Part shown: in pieces, positions 48,819-59,158 of the stretch
How the letters are laid out: each line of letters starts with the position of its first letter
Position numbering within the stretch: the stretch's first letter is position 1
From: an uncultured Actinomycetes bacterium
GTDB lineage: Bacteria; Actinomycetota; Thermoleophilia; UBA2241
Assembly: GCA_963767005.1 (NCBI GenBank)
Contig: CAVYCN010000002.1
Span: forward strand, 288,001 to 352,000
Length of the DNA: 64,000 bases
Reading direction: 5' to 3'
Translations under genes and position numbers: made by a program
The notes under the pieces: generated by a model
Seen by the model: only the letters and a program-made list of their open reading frames with translations
What the model was told of the DNA's origin: nothing
Database searches by the model: none

Positions 48819-49010
48819 CTAGAGCGCCTTGGTGACGCGTCCCGACTTGAGGCAGCGGGTGCAGACGTACGCCGACTGCGGGCGGCCGTCGAGCACGATG
48901 TGGACGCGTTGCAGGTTTGGCTCGAAACGCCGCTTGGTAGCTCTGTTGGAGTGGCTGCGGTTGTTGCCCACGGCGGGCTTCTTGCCACAGCTCACGCAGA
49001 CTCGTGACAT
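48819..49010 (-). CDS. rpmB: 50S ribosomal protein L28 (Zn-ribbon type)
   Basis: CVSCGK, GNNRSHS, TKRRF.PNL, CTRC. Confidence 0.95.
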   Translation of the reverse strand: MSRVCVSCGKKPAVGNNRSHSNRATKRRFEPNLQRVHIVLDGRPQSAYVCTRCLKSGRVTKAL

Positions 49011-49100
49011 GCGGGGTCCTCGCTTGCGGAAGATGACGGGCCGGAATTATGCTACACGCGGCCGCGCCACGCAACCGCGGCCATTATCGTAGTGTGACTC

Positions 49101-49310
49101 ATGGCGCAGTTCGCGAAACAGATGTCGATTCTCGAGGCGCTCGAGGCGCACCCCGAAGCCCGCGATGTGTTCCTGCGGTGGGGCATGGGCTGCAGCTTGT
49201 GCATCGGGGCGCAGCTCGAGAGCATCGAAAGCGGCGCCATCATGCACGACGTCGACGCCGACGTGATCGTCGCCGAGCTGAACGGGCTCGACCGCCCGGC
49301 CGCCGAGTAG
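49101..49310 (+). CDS. DUF1858-like small protein
   Basis: MSI.E.LE.HPE..VF...GMGC..C...ESIE.GA..H.VD. Confidence 0.75.
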   Translation: MAQFAKQMSILEALEAHPEARDVFLRWGMGCSLCIGAQLESIESGAIMHDVDADVIVAELNGLDRPAAE

Positions 49311-49328
49311 GCCGCGCGGCACACGGAC

Positions 49329-49760
49329 GTGGCGCAACCCGACCTCAAAGCAAACCTGCCCGGACGCGAGCTGCGCGGCGACGTCACCGTCGCCGACGGC
49401 GTGATCGCCAAGCTGGCCGGCCGCGCCGCGCTGCTGACCTACGGCGTGATCGACATGCGGCACTCGCTGCTCGCGCCGGTCACGCGCGTGCTCGCGCCGG
49501 TCACGCGCCTGCTCTCGCCGGTCACGCAGCTGATCGCGCCGGTCACCCGCGCGTTCTTCCCCGGTGAGCTCGGCGAGGGCGTCGACGTGTACGCCCACGA
49601 ATCGCACGCCGACATCGTGCTGCACGTCGTGATCGAGCGCGGGCTCAACCTGGCCGAGGTGACGCGCACCCTCGAGGAGCAGGTGCGCTTCGAGGTCGAG
49701 CGGGTCGCCGGCGTGCGCGTCGGCGACGTGCGGGTGCGCGTCGAGGACGTCCGCCGGTGA
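49329..49760 (+). CDS. Asp23/Gls24 family protein (YloU-like)
   Basis: VIA.LAG.AA...YGV..M; VRFEVE...G..V..V.V.V; upstream of DAK2 gene. Confidence 0.8.
   Translation: MAQPDLKANLPGRELRGDVTVADGVIAKLAGRAALLTYGVIDMRHSLLAPVTRVLAPVTRLLSPVTQLIAPVTRAFFPGELGEGVDVYAHESHADIVLHVVIERGLNLAEVTRTLEEQVRFEVERVAGVRVGDVRVRVEDVRR
49467..49550 (+). repeat. 4 x 21-bp coding tandem repeat
   Basis: Encodes LLAPVTR-VLAPVTR-LLSPVTQ-LIAPVTR. Confidence 0.9.
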
Positions 49761-51391
49761 GCGCCCGCGGGCACGTGCTCGAGGTGCTCGCCGGCGCCTC
49801 GGCCGCCGTCGGCCTCGAGCGCGGCTACATCAACGACCTCAACGTGTACCCGGTGCCCGACGGCGACACGGGCACTAACCTGTTCCTCACCATGCAGGCG
49901 GTGATCGACGAGGTCCACGTCGCGCCGGCCGACGACCTGCGCAGCCTCATGGCGGTGGTCGTGCGCGGCTCGCTCATGGGTGCGCGCGGCAACTCGGGCG
50001 TCATCCTGTCGCAGATCGTGCGCGGCGCCTGCGAGGCGATCGCCACCGCCAGCGCGTTCGACGCCGCTGCGGTGCGCGCCGCCCTGGGAGCCGCCTCCGA
50101 CGCCGCCTACAGGGCCGTGCGCCAGCCGGTCGAGGGCACCATGCTGTCGGTCATCCGGGCGATGGCCGAGGCGGCGGCCGCGACACCCGACACAGTCTCG
50201 TTGCCGGCCCTGCTCACCACCGTGACCACGGCCGGCGCCGAGGCGGTCGAGCGGACCACCGAGCAGCTCGATGTGCTGCGCAGGGCGGGCGTCGTCGACG
50301 CCGGCGGCTACGGCCTGCTCGTGCTCATGCGCGGCGCCGTGGCCGGCTTCTTGCGCGCCGAGACCGGCAGCGCGGCCCAGGCGACGGTCACCGCCGACGG
50401 CAGCGACCGTCGTCGCGGCCGTGCTTCGCGGCACATCACCGGCATCCCGCCCGACGCGCTCGAGGAGTCGCGCTTTCGCTACTGCACGAGCTTCCTGCTC
50501 ACCGGCGACGACCTCGACCACGACGACCTCGAGCAGTTCGTCACGACCCAGGGCGACTGTGCCCTCGTCGTCGGCGGCGAGGGCATGCTCAAGGTGCACG
50601 TGCACACCGACCATCCCGGCGCCGTGCTGAGCTACGCCTCGACGCACGGCACGATCGACGACGTCGAGGTCGCCGACATGCGCGAGCAGACGCGCGCGCG
50701 GCAGCGCCGGCTGTCGCTCGACGAGCGCGTCGCCTGCGTCGCGGTGGCCGCCGGCGAGGGCAACAAGACGCTCTTCCACGAGCTGGGCTGCGACGCCGTG
50801 ATCGACGGGGGCCAGTCGATGAACCCGAGCGCCGCCGAGCTCGTCGCGGCCGTCGAGAGCCTCGACGCCGCCGAGGTCGTGCTGTTGCCCAACAACGGCA
50901 ACGTCGTGCTCACCGCCGAGCAGGCCGCCGAGATGTGCGACCGGCCGGTGGCCGTCGTCCCGTCGACCTCGCTGCCCGCCGGCCTGGCCGCCATGGTCGC
51001 CTTCGACGCCACGGGCGACGCCGCCTCGAACGCCGCCGCCATGGACGAGGCTCTGCGTCGCGTCCACAGCGCCGAGATCACCCATGCGGTGCGCGACTCC
51101 GAGGTGGCCGGCGTGGCGGTGCGCCGGGGCGAGGTCATCGGCCTGATCGACGGCCGCCTCGCGGCGAGCGACGCCGACCTCGTCGCGGTCTTCAGCGCCG
51201 TCGTGCGCGCGCTGGGGGCGGACGGCGCCGAGCTGATCACCGTGCTCACGGCCCTGAACGGCGCCGGGCCGACGGTGGCCGACCTCCAGCGCGCCGCGGC
51301 TGACGCCTGTGCCCGGGAATGCCCCGACGTCGAGTTTCTCTTCCAGGAGGGCGGCCAGCCCCTCTATCCCGTCCTGATCGGAGCCGAATGA
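49757..51391 (+). CDS. fakA: DAK2-domain fatty acid kinase subunit (FakA/YloV)
   Basis: LNVYPVPDGDTGTN, GARGNSGVILSQ, VDAGG, KVHVHT, GGQSMNPS, GGQPLY. Confidence 0.92.
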   Translation: MSARGHVLEVLAGASAAVGLERGYINDLNVYPVPDGDTGTNLFLTMQAVIDEVHVAPADDLRSLMAVVVRGSLMGARGNSGVILSQIVRGACEAIATASAFDAAAVRAALGAASDAAYRAVRQPVEGTMLSVIRAMAEAAAATPDTVSLPALLTTVTTAGAEAVERTTEQLDVLRRAGVVDAGGYGLLVLMRGAVAGFLRAETGSAAQATVTADGSDRRRGRASRHITGIPPDALEESRFRYCTSFLLTGDDLDHDDLEQFVTTQGDCALVVGGEGMLKVHVHTDHPGAVLSYASTHGTIDDVEVADMREQTRARQRRLSLDERVACVAVAAGEGNKTLFHELGCDAVIDGGQSMNPSAAELVAAVESLDAAEVVLLPNNGNVVLTAEQAAEMCDRPVAVVPSTSLPAGLAAMVAFDATGDAASNAAAMDEALRRVHSAEITHAVRDSEVAGVAVRRGEVIGLIDGRLAASDADLVAVFSAVVRALGADGAELITVLTALNGAGPTVADLQRAAADACARECPDVEFLFQEGGQPLYPVLIGAE

Positions 51392-52245
51392 CGCTCCTCA
51401 CGCTCGAGAACACCGCCATCGTCGCAGACTCGACCTGTGACCCGCCGCCCGGCTACTTCGACCGTCCGGGTCTTGTGATGGTGCCGCTCCACGTGCACTT
51501 CGGCGACGAGACCTATCGCGACGGGTACGATCTCTCGCCGCCCGAGTTCTTCGCCAAGCTGACCACGTCGTCAGTCCTGCCGACGACCTCGCAGCCGACG
51601 GTCGCCGAGTTCACGCGCGCCTACGACGAGCTCACCCGCGACTACGAGCACGTGTTCGCGTTCCACCTCTCGAGCAACATGAGCGGCACCTACCAGGCGT
51701 CGGTCACGGCCGCCGAGCCGTTCCCCCGGGTCGAGGTCTACGACACCCGCACCGTGTCCGGCACCATCACGCTGCTGATCGAGCGCTTCCGCACGCTGCT
51801 CGCGGCCGGCATCGACATCGCCGCGGCTCGCGCCTACGTCGATCATTTCGCCCGCAACAGCTGCATGGTGTTCCAGACGCCGACCCTCGAGTACCTGCGG
51901 CGCGGCGGGCGGATCGGACGCGCCCAGTCGATGATCGGCGATGTGTTCGGCATCAGGCCGCTGATCACCGTGATCGACGGAGAGCTCGGGGCGTACGCCA
52001 AGGTGCGCGGCGAGCGGCGCGCGCTCGAGACGATGACGCAGGCCCTGTGCGAGCGCTCGGCGCCCGACGACCCCGTCAAGCTGATCACCTGGAGCGCCGA
52101 CGCCGACGACAAGCTGCCGGCGCTCGAGGAAGCCCTGCTCGCGGCCCGGCCGCGCGCCGAAGTCGTGGTCCACGGCCGGGTCGGCGCCGTCGTCGGCACG
52201 CACGGTGGTCCCGGCATGTTCGCCTTCGCCATGATCGTGGAGTGA
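51388..52245 (+). CDS. DegV-family fatty-acid-binding protein (FakB)
   Basis: DSTCD, PTTSQP, SGTY, L.YLRRGGRIG, HGGPG. Confidence 0.92.
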   Translation: MTLLTLENTAIVADSTCDPPPGYFDRPGLVMVPLHVHFGDETYRDGYDLSPPEFFAKLTTSSVLPTTSQPTVAEFTRAYDELTRDYEHVFAFHLSSNMSGTYQASVTAAEPFPRVEVYDTRTVSGTITLLIERFRTLLAAGIDIAAARAYVDHFARNSCMVFQTPTLEYLRRGGRIGRAQSMIGDVFGIRPLITVIDGELGAYAKVRGERRALETMTQALCERSAPDDPVKLITWSADADDKLPALEEALLAARPRAEVVVHGRVGAVVGTHGGPGMFAFAMIVE

Positions 52246-54419
52246 GCGAGGGGCCGCTTCCCCTGCGCTTCGCCGGCGGCGGCCGGTACGAGCGACGGCC
52301 GCCGCTCCCGCCCCTTGCTCCCGATGCCGCCGGTCTCGACCGGCCGCTCGCCGGGCTGCCTGGTGTGCGATCGGCGCTCGCCCGGCGCCTGTCGGGTTTC
52401 GGCCTGGAGACCGTGGGCGACCTGCTCACGCACTACCCCCGTCGCTACGAGGACTTCACCGACCGCAAGCCGATCGGCGAGCTCAAGGTCGGCGAAGAGG
52501 CCACGGTCCGCGCCACGATCGAGCGCGTCGTGCTCGAGCACGGCCGCAACCGGCGGGTGACGATGGTCAAGGCCGTGCTGCGCGACACCTCGGGCATGAT
52601 GGTCGCCGTCTGGTTCAACCAGCCCTGGCTGGCCAAAGTGCTCGAGCCGGGCATGGAGCTCAGCCTGCGCGGCGGCGTGCGCGTGCGCGGCGGCGCGGCC
52701 TCGTTCGTCGTCAAGGCACACGAGATCCTGGCCGGCGAGGGCGAGACGGTGCACACCGAGGGCATCGTGCCGGTCTACCCCGCGAGCGAGAGCATCTCGG
52801 CGCGGGTCCTGCGCGACCTGGTCCACGCCACGCGCAGGGCGGCGCGCAGCCTGCCCGACCCGCTGCCCGGCGCCCTCCGCGCGGCCGAGCGCCTGCCGAC
52901 CAAGGCCGACGCCGTGCTCGCCATCCACGCGCCGCGCACGCCGGCCGAGGCGGTCGCGGCCCGCGAGCGGCTCGTGCTCGAGGAGCTGCTGCTGATGCAG
53001 CTCGGCCTGCTGTTGCACAAGGCGGCCGAGCAGCGCGCGAGCAGGGCGGTGCCGCTCGGGCGACCCGGCGAGATGGCGGCACGCTTCGTGAGGGAGCTGC
53101 CCTTCGCTCTGACCGAGCATCAGCGCCGCGCGATCACCGAGATCGACGACGACCTCGACGGCACCGTCCCCATGCGCCGCCTCCTGCAGGGCGACGTGGG
53201 GTCCGGCAAGACGGTGGTCGCCGTTCACACGCTGCTGCGCGCGGTCGAGAAGGGCCACCAGGGCGCCTTCATGGCGCCGACGGAGACGCTCGCCGAGCAG
53301 CACCTCGAGACCCTCGCCGCGCTGGTCGGTCCGCTGGCGCACTGCGAGCTGCTCACCTCTCGTCTCACGGCCGCCGAACGTCGCGCCGCCCTGGGGAGGA
53401 TCGCGTCGGGCGAGGCCGCCGTCGTGATCGGCACGCACGCGCTGATCCAGGGCGACGTGGCCTTCGCCGACCTCGCCGTCGTGGTCGTCGACGAGCAGCA
53501 CCGGTTCGGCGTCGTGCAGCGCGACGAGATGGGGCGGCGTGCGGCCGCCGGCGGCCGCACGCCCCACGCCCTCTATATGACCGCCACGCCGATCCCGCGC
53601 ACGCTGGCCCTGACCTTCTACGGCGACCTCGACGTCACGGTGATCGCCGGCGCGCCGGCCGGCCGCACGCCGGTCGCCACGAAGCTGTACTCCGAGGGCA
53701 CGCGGCCGGCCGGCTACGACTTCGTGCGCGGGCAGCTCGACCGCGGCCGCCAGGCGTACGTCGTCTGCCCGCTGATCGACGAGTCCGAAGCGTTGCAGTC
53801 GGCCGCCGCCGTGGCCGAGGCGGAGCGCCTGCGGGCGGGCGAGTTCCGCGCCTACCGGCTGGGCGTCCTGCACGGCCAGATGAAGATCGCCGAGCGCGAC
53901 GCCGCGATGGCCGCCTTCAAGGCCGGTGCCACCGACGTCCTCGTCGCCACGAGCGTGATCGAGGTGGGCATCGACGTGCCCAACGCGACCGTGATGATCG
54001 TCGAAGGCGCCGAGCGCTTCGGCCTGGCTCAGCTTCACCAGCTGCGCGGCCGCGTGGGGCGCGGCACCGAGAAGTCGTACTGCCTGCTGTTCACGAGCCC
54101 GCGCCGCGAGCGCGTGCCGGGCGACCGCTCGGACGCGCGTCTCAAGGCGCTGCGCGCGACGAGCGACGGCTTCGCCCTGGCCGACCGCGACCTCGAGATC
54201 CGCGGCGAAGGGCAGCTGTTCGGCGCGCGCCAGTCGGGCCTGCCCGACCTGAAGCTCGCCAAGCTGACGCGCGACCGCGAGGCCGTGGTGCGCGCCCGGC
54301 GGCTGGCCCGCGAGCTGCTCGCGGGCGACCCGCGGCTCGAGTCGTCGGCCACCGCGCCCCTCGGCGCCGCCGTGCGGGCCGCGTTCGGCGAGGAGCTCGC
54401 CTGGCTGCTGAAGGCGTGA
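52242..54419 (+). CDS. recG: ATP-dependent DNA helicase RecG
   Basis: QGDVGSGKT, DEQHRFG, MTATPIPRTL, HQLRGRVGRG. Confidence 0.96.
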   Translation: MSEGPLPLRFAGGGRYERRPPLPPLAPDAAGLDRPLAGLPGVRSALARRLSGFGLETVGDLLTHYPRRYEDFTDRKPIGELKVGEEATVRATIERVVLEHGRNRRVTMVKAVLRDTSGMMVAVWFNQPWLAKVLEPGMELSLRGGVRVRGGAASFVVKAHEILAGEGETVHTEGIVPVYPASESISARVLRDLVHATRRAARSLPDPLPGALRAAERLPTKADAVLAIHAPRTPAEAVAARERLVLEELLLMQLGLLLHKAAEQRASRAVPLGRPGEMAARFVRELPFALTEHQRRAITEIDDDLDGTVPMRRLLQGDVGSGKTVVAVHTLLRAVEKGHQGAFMAPTETLAEQHLETLAALVGPLAHCELLTSRLTAAERRAALGRIASGEAAVVIGTHALIQGDVAFADLAVVVVDEQHRFGVVQRDEMGRRAAAGGRTPHALYMTATPIPRTLALTFYGDLDVTVIAGAPAGRTPVATKLYSEGTRPAGYDFVRGQLDRGRQAYVVCPLIDESEALQSAAAVAEAERLRAGEFRAYRLGVLHGQMKIAERDAAMAAFKAGATDVLVATSVIEVGIDVPNATVMIVEGAERFGLAQLHQLRGRVGRGTEKSYCLLFTSPRRERVPGDRSDARLKALRATSDGFALADRDLEIRGEGQLFGARQSGLPDLKLAKLTRDREAVVRARRLARELLAGDPRLESSATAPLGAAVRAAFGEELAWLLKA

Positions 54420-54444
54420 GACGAGGGGTATGGTGGGCGGTGAG

Positions 54445-57093
54445 ATGAGCGCCACCGAGCTGATCGCCACCCACTCCAACACCGACTTCGACGGCTTCGC
54501 CGGCATGGTCGCCGCGCACAAGCTGTACCCCGAGGCGCGCATGGTGCTGAGCGGCGCCGTGAACCGCAACGTGCGCGAGTTCCGCACACTGCTCGCCGAC
54601 GAGATCCCCCTGTTCGACGCCGCCTCCGTCGACCTCGCGGCGGTCCGCCGCCTGATCCTGGTCGAGACGTTCCACGCCAACCGGCTCGGCGAGCTCGGCC
54701 CGCTGATCGGGCGGCCCGACGTCGAGATCATCGTGTTTGACCATCACCGCCCCGAGGGCGCGCTGCCGGCGTTCGTCGATGCGGCCAACGTGGTGACCTC
54801 CGACGACGGCTCGCTCGTGACCCTGATGCTGCGCATCATCGCCGAGCGCGGCCTCGAGGTGACGTCGCTCGAGGCGACCGTCTTCGCGCTCGGCATCCAC
54901 GAAGACACGGGCTCGCTCACGTTCCCGACGACGACGGTGCGCGACGTCGAGGCGCTCGCCTTCTGCATGCGCCAGGGTGCGAACCAGCAGGTCATCGAGC
55001 GCTTCCTGCACAACCCGCTGAGCGCACCCCAGCGCGAATTGCTGCTGCGCGTGCTCGAGCGCGCCCGTCCGGTCGCGGCCGGCGGCCTCGACGTGCTCGT
55101 CGCCGCCCTGCGCGGCGCCGAGTACATCGAAGGCGTGAGCCTCGTCGTGCACAAGGCGATGGACGTGGCCAACTGCGACGCGCTCGTGCTGCTCGTCGAG
55201 ATGGAGCAGCGCGTCTTCGTCACGGCCCGCAGCCGTGCGGCGGCGCTCGACGTCGGCGCCGTGCTCAAGGCGGTGGGCGGCGGCGGCCACGCCGCCGCCG
55301 CCTCGGCGATCGTCAAGGACGCGCCGCTGGCCACGGTGCGGCGGCGCCTCGTCGCCGCCCTGCGGCGGGCACGCACGGCGGCGCCGACCGCGGCGACCCT
55401 GATGTCGCGGCCGGTGCACTGGGTGGCGATTGACGCGACCGTCGACGAGGCCCGCGTGACCTGTGAGCGCTACGGCTACGGGGGGCTCTCGGTGGCCGAC
55501 GGCGACCGGCTGGTCGGCGCCGTGTCGCGTCGCGATCTCGACCGCGCCGTGCGCCACCGGCTGGGACACGCCCCCGTCAAGGCGGTCATGCTGAGCACGA
55601 CGGTCACCGTGCCGGCTGCCATGCCGATCGACGAGGTGACCAACGTGCTCGCCCGCGACCCGGTCGGGCGCGTGCCCGTGGTCGCCGGCGCTCTGTCGGG
55701 GCCGGTCGCGGTCGGCGACGTGGTCGGCGTGGTCACCCGCAGCGACCTGCTGCGCGCCCTGCACGCCACCGACCGGGCCGCCGCCGGCGCGCCGGCGGCG
55801 TCGCTCTCGGCCGAGCTCGCCGCCCTCGGTCTCGACGACGTGTTCGCCGAGGTTCAGGCGGTGGCGGCCGCCTATCGCGGCGCCTACCTCGTGGGCGGCG
55901 CCGTGCGGGACCTGCTGCTCGAGCAGAGCGTGTCCGACGTCGACATCGCCGTCGAGGGCGACGGCATCGCCTTCGCCCGCGAGCTCGCGGCGCGCCTCGG
56001 CGGTCGCGTTCGCCCCCACGAGAAGTTCCAGACGGCGGTCGTCGTGGTCGAGCGTGGCGCCGGCGACGAGCACCGGTCGCTGCGGGTCGACGTGGCCTCG
56101 ACCCGTACAGAGTTCTACGACTACCCGGCCGCGCTGCCGAAGGTCGAGCACGCCACCATCCGCGGCGACCTCGCGCGCCGCGACTTCTCGATCAACGCCA
56201 TGGCCGTGTCGCTGAACCCGCGCGACTTCGGCGACCTGCTCGACTTCTTCGGCGGCCTCGACGACCTCCGCGGCAAGCGCATCCGCGTGCTGCACAACCT
56301 GAGCTTCATCGAGGACCCGACCCGCATCTACCGCGCCGTGCGCTACGAGGATCGCTACGGCTTTCGCATGGACCGCCACACGCTCTCGCTGGCACGCGCC
56401 TGCGCCGAGATGGACCTGATCGGCGACCTCTCGTCGGCGCGCCTGCGCGACGAGCTCGTCCTGCTGCTGGGCGAGCCGCGTGTCGGCTTCACGCTGCACC
56501 GGCTGAAGGAGCTCGGCCTGCAGCACGCGCTGCACCCGCGTCTCGCCCTCGACGAGACGAGCGTCGCGCTCGTCGCCGCCGTCGACGTCGCGCGCCGCCG
56601 CTGCGACCTCGCCGCCGAGGTGCCGCTCTGGCGGCCGCGCCTCGTCGTGACGCTGCGCGACCTTGAGCCCGAAGAGCTCGACCCGTGGGTCGAGCGCATG
56701 AAGTTCCGCCGTAGCGACGCCCGCGTGCTCGTGCGCTCCTGGCTCGTCGGGCGGCGCCTGGCGCGGCGCCTCGAGCGGGCCATGCCCGAATCGGAGCTGT
56801 ACGACGTGGTGCACGGCGAGCCGCTCGAGGCGCTGCTCGTGGCGATCGCCGTGAGTGGCGGCGGGGCGGCCGCCGAGCGTCTCGAGCGCTACCTGCGGCG
56901 CTCGCGCAAGGTCCGCCTGGCCGTGAACGGCCGCGACCTGCTCGCGCTCGGCTACCGCCAGTCGGCCGATCTCGGCCAGGTGCTGCGCAGCCTGCTGCAC
57001 CTCAAGCTCGATGGTGTCATCGCCGGCCGTCGCCAGGAGCTCGAGGCCGCGCGGCGTCTGCTCGAAGCCGCGCAGGGGGCGCCGGCGTCGTGA
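54445..57093 (+). CDS. DHH-DHHA1-CBS-CBS-tRNA nucleotidyltransferase (class II) multidomain protein
   Basis: H.NTDFD, DHH, EDTG, GGGH, CBS pair, VGGAVRD..DVD, DLARRDFSINAMA, EDPTRI.RA. Confidence 0.9.
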   Translation: MSATELIATHSNTDFDGFAGMVAAHKLYPEARMVLSGAVNRNVREFRTLLADEIPLFDAASVDLAAVRRLILVETFHANRLGELGPLIGRPDVEIIVFDHHRPEGALPAFVDAANVVTSDDGSLVTLMLRIIAERGLEVTSLEATVFALGIHEDTGSLTFPTTTVRDVEALAFCMRQGANQQVIERFLHNPLSAPQRELLLRVLERARPVAAGGLDVLVAALRGAEYIEGVSLVVHKAMDVANCDALVLLVEMEQRVFVTARSRAAALDVGAVLKAVGGGGHAAAASAIVKDAPLATVRRRLVAALRRARTAAPTAATLMSRPVHWVAIDATVDEARVTCERYGYGGLSVADGDRLVGAVSRRDLDRAVRHRLGHAPVKAVMLSTTVTVPAAMPIDEVTNVLARDPVGRVPVVAGALSGPVAVGDVVGVVTRSDLLRALHATDRAAAGAPAASLSAELAALGLDDVFAEVQAVAAAYRGAYLVGGAVRDLLLEQSVSDVDIAVEGDGIAFARELAARLGGRVRPHEKFQTAVVVVERGAGDEHRSLRVDVASTRTEFYDYPAALPKVEHATIRGDLARRDFSINAMAVSLNPRDFGDLLDFFGGLDDLRGKRIRVLHNLSFIEDPTRIYRAVRYEDRYGFRMDRHTLSLARACAEMDLIGDLSSARLRDELVLLLGEPRVGFTLHRLKELGLQHALHPRLALDETSVALVAAVDVARRRCDLAAEVPLWRPRLVVTLRDLEPEELDPWVERMKFRRSDARVLVRSWLVGRRLARRLERAMPESELYDVVHGEPLEALLVAIAVSGGGAAAERLERYLRRSRKVRLAVNGRDLLALGYRQSADLGQVLRSLLHLKLDGVIAGRRQELEAARRLLEAAQGAPAS

Positions 57094-57914
57094 GCGCCGG
57101 CGCCAGACAGAGCGGTCGAGCCGTTGGCGCCGTCGCCGCGCCGGTGCTGCGCCGGTGCGGCGATCTCGTGTGGTACGAGACCGGCGGCGAGGGCTGGCGC
57201 GCCGCCTTTCCGACGCGCCTCGGCGGCGCGTCAGCCGCACCCTTCGAGTCGCTCAACCTGAGCCTCTCGACTGACGACGACCCCGACTGCGTGCGAGGCA
57301 ACCGGCGTACGCTCGCGGCCGCGCTGGGCATCGACGCGGACGCGCTGGTGGTGCCCGGACAGGTGCACGGCACGACCGTGGCCGTGGTGGGGCCGGCGGA
57401 GCGGGGAAGAGGCGCGCGCGAGCCGGCCGACGTCGTCCGCGACACCGACGGCCTGCTCACGACCGCTGCGGGGCTGCCGCTCGTCGTGAGCGTCGCCGAC
57501 TGCGTGCCGGTGGTGCTCGCCGCCGGGCGCCCGGCGCGCGCCGTCGCGGCGGTGCACGCCGGTTGGCGCGGCATGGTCGCGGGCATCGTCGGACAGGCGG
57601 CGCGGGCGCTCGGCGCCTATGGCGCAGCCCGCGCCGCCGTCATCGGGCCCAGCATCGGGCCATGCTGCTTCGCCGTGTCCGCCGACGTCGGCGAGGCCTT
57701 CGAGGAGCGCTGGCCCGGCACCTGGCGCGACGGGCGCGTCGACCTGTGGGAGGCGGCTCGCCGGCAGCTCACCGAGGCCGGCGTCCCCGCCGAGGCCGTG
57801 GTCACGAGCGGGCTCTGCACCTATCACGATGCGCGCTTCTTCTCGCACCGGCGCGAGCACGGTGTGACCGGCAGGCAGGCGGCCGTCGTCTGGATCACAG
57901 GAGGGAAGACGTGA
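57090..57914 (+). CDS. pgeF: PgeF/YfiH (DUF152) purine nucleoside phosphorylase/laccase-like
   Basis: TR.GG, SLN, QVHG, ADCVP, HAGWRG, GPSIGPCC, FFSHR. Confidence 0.9.
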   Translation: MSAGARQSGRAVGAVAAPVLRRCGDLVWYETGGEGWRAAFPTRLGGASAAPFESLNLSLSTDDDPDCVRGNRRTLAAALGIDADALVVPGQVHGTTVAVVGPAERGRGAREPADVVRDTDGLLTTAAGLPLVVSVADCVPVVLAAGRPARAVAAVHAGWRGMVAGIVGQAARALGAYGAARAAVIGPSIGPCCFAVSADVGEAFEERWPGTWRDGRVDLWEAARRQLTEAGVPAEAVVTSGLCTYHDARFFSHRREHGVTGRQAAVVWITGGKT

Positions 57915-58600
57915 AGCAGTACAGCGGGAGCGCCGCGCACGTGCGGGAGCGGTTCGCCGAGGTCCGTGAGCGCGTCGACGAGGCCGCCGCCCGGGCGGGC
58001 CGGCGGCCCGGCGAGGTCGAGGTCCTCGTGGCCACCAAGTACGTGGCCACCGACGACATGGGCGTGCTCGCCGAGGCCGGCATCACGCTGGTCGGCGAGA
58101 ACCGCGCCCAGGACCTGGCCGCCAAGCACGAGCGCTTCGCCGACGCCTTCACGTTCGACTTCATCGGTCACCTGCAGAGCCGCAAGGTCAAGCTCGTGCT
58201 GCCGCTCGTGCGCCTCATCCACTCGGTCTCCACGGCGAGCGTCGTAGAGGAACTGCAGGCCCGCGCGCAGAACCCTGTTGACGTGCTGCTCGAGGTCAAC
58301 ATCGGGGGAGAGGCGTCAAAGTCGGGGGTCGGTCCGGCCGACGTCGAGCGCTTTCTCGACGAGGCGGCGCCGCACGACAGGGTGCGCTTCGCCGGCCTCA
58401 TGTGCATGCCGCCGCTCGAGGCCGACCCCGAGGGCGCGGCGCCGTATTTCGCCCGCACACGAGAGCTTGCCGCCGACCTTTCGACGCGCTGGGCCGGACG
58501 ATATACTTTCGCGCAGTTGTCGATGGGCACGAGCGCAGACTACGACGTCGCGGTACGCGAGGGTGCGACGATCGTCCGCGTCGGGAGCGTGCTCTTCTGA
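57911..58600 (+). CDS. yggS: PLP homeostasis protein
   Basis: ATKY, GEN, FIGHLQS.K, SKSG, GLM, LSMG.S.D, GAT.VRVG. Confidence 0.93.
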   Translation: MKQYSGSAAHVRERFAEVRERVDEAAARAGRRPGEVEVLVATKYVATDDMGVLAEAGITLVGENRAQDLAAKHERFADAFTFDFIGHLQSRKVKLVLPLVRLIHSVSTASVVEELQARAQNPVDVLLEVNIGGEASKSGVGPADVERFLDEAAPHDRVRFAGLMCMPPLEADPEGAAPYFARTRELAADLSTRWAGRYTFAQLSMGTSADYDVAVREGATIVRVGSVLF

Positions 58601-58619
58601 CGCCCGACCAGGAGGAACG

Positions 58620-59156
58620 ATGGGTCTAGGAGATAGCTGGCACAAGGTGATGGTCTACTTCGGCATCTCCGAAGACGAGGAGTACGACGACGAAGAGACC
58701 CTCGCGCCCTCCGACGAGCTCGAGCGCTCCTACCAGGATCGGCCCAACGTCCGCAAGCTCTCCCGCAGTGCGCGCGGCCGCCAGGCCGAGTACGACGACA
58801 TCTTCGCCGACGAGCCGCCGGCGCGCCAGCAGCGGGCCGCCGCCGTCGTGCGCCCGATCGAGGCGCCGCGCCCGCAGCGCGTCGAGGTGCACCTCGTCAT
58901 CCCCAAGAACTTCAACGACGCGCAGCAGATCGCCGACAAGTTCAAGGTCGACATCCCGGTGATCGTCAACTTGCAGGGGTCGGACACCGACCTGTCCAAG
59001 CGCCTGATCGATTTCTCGAGTGGGCTCACGTACGCCCTCGACGGCGGCATGCAGCGGGTCGCCGACAAGGTGTTTCTGCTCACGCCGCGCAACGTCGAGG
59101 TCTCCGCCGAGGAGCGTGCCCGCCTCATCGAGAAGGGCTTCTTCAACCAGTTTTGA
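58620..59156 (+). CDS. sepF: Cell division protein SepF
   Basis: P..FNDA, VIVNL, RLIDFSSG, FLLTP. Confidence 0.93.
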   Translation: MGLGDSWHKVMVYFGISEDEEYDDEETLAPSDELERSYQDRPNVRKLSRSARGRQAEYDDIFADEPPARQQRAAAVVRPIEAPRPQRVEVHLVIPKNFNDAQQIADKFKVDIPVIVNLQGSDTDLSKRLIDFSSGLTYALDGGMQRVADKVFLLTPRNVEVSAEERARLIEKGFFNQF

Positions 59157-59158
59157 CC

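Noticed and set aside
49467-49550. Repeat cluster as a CRISPR array
   Set aside because: No spacers, in-frame coding repeat, no cas genes
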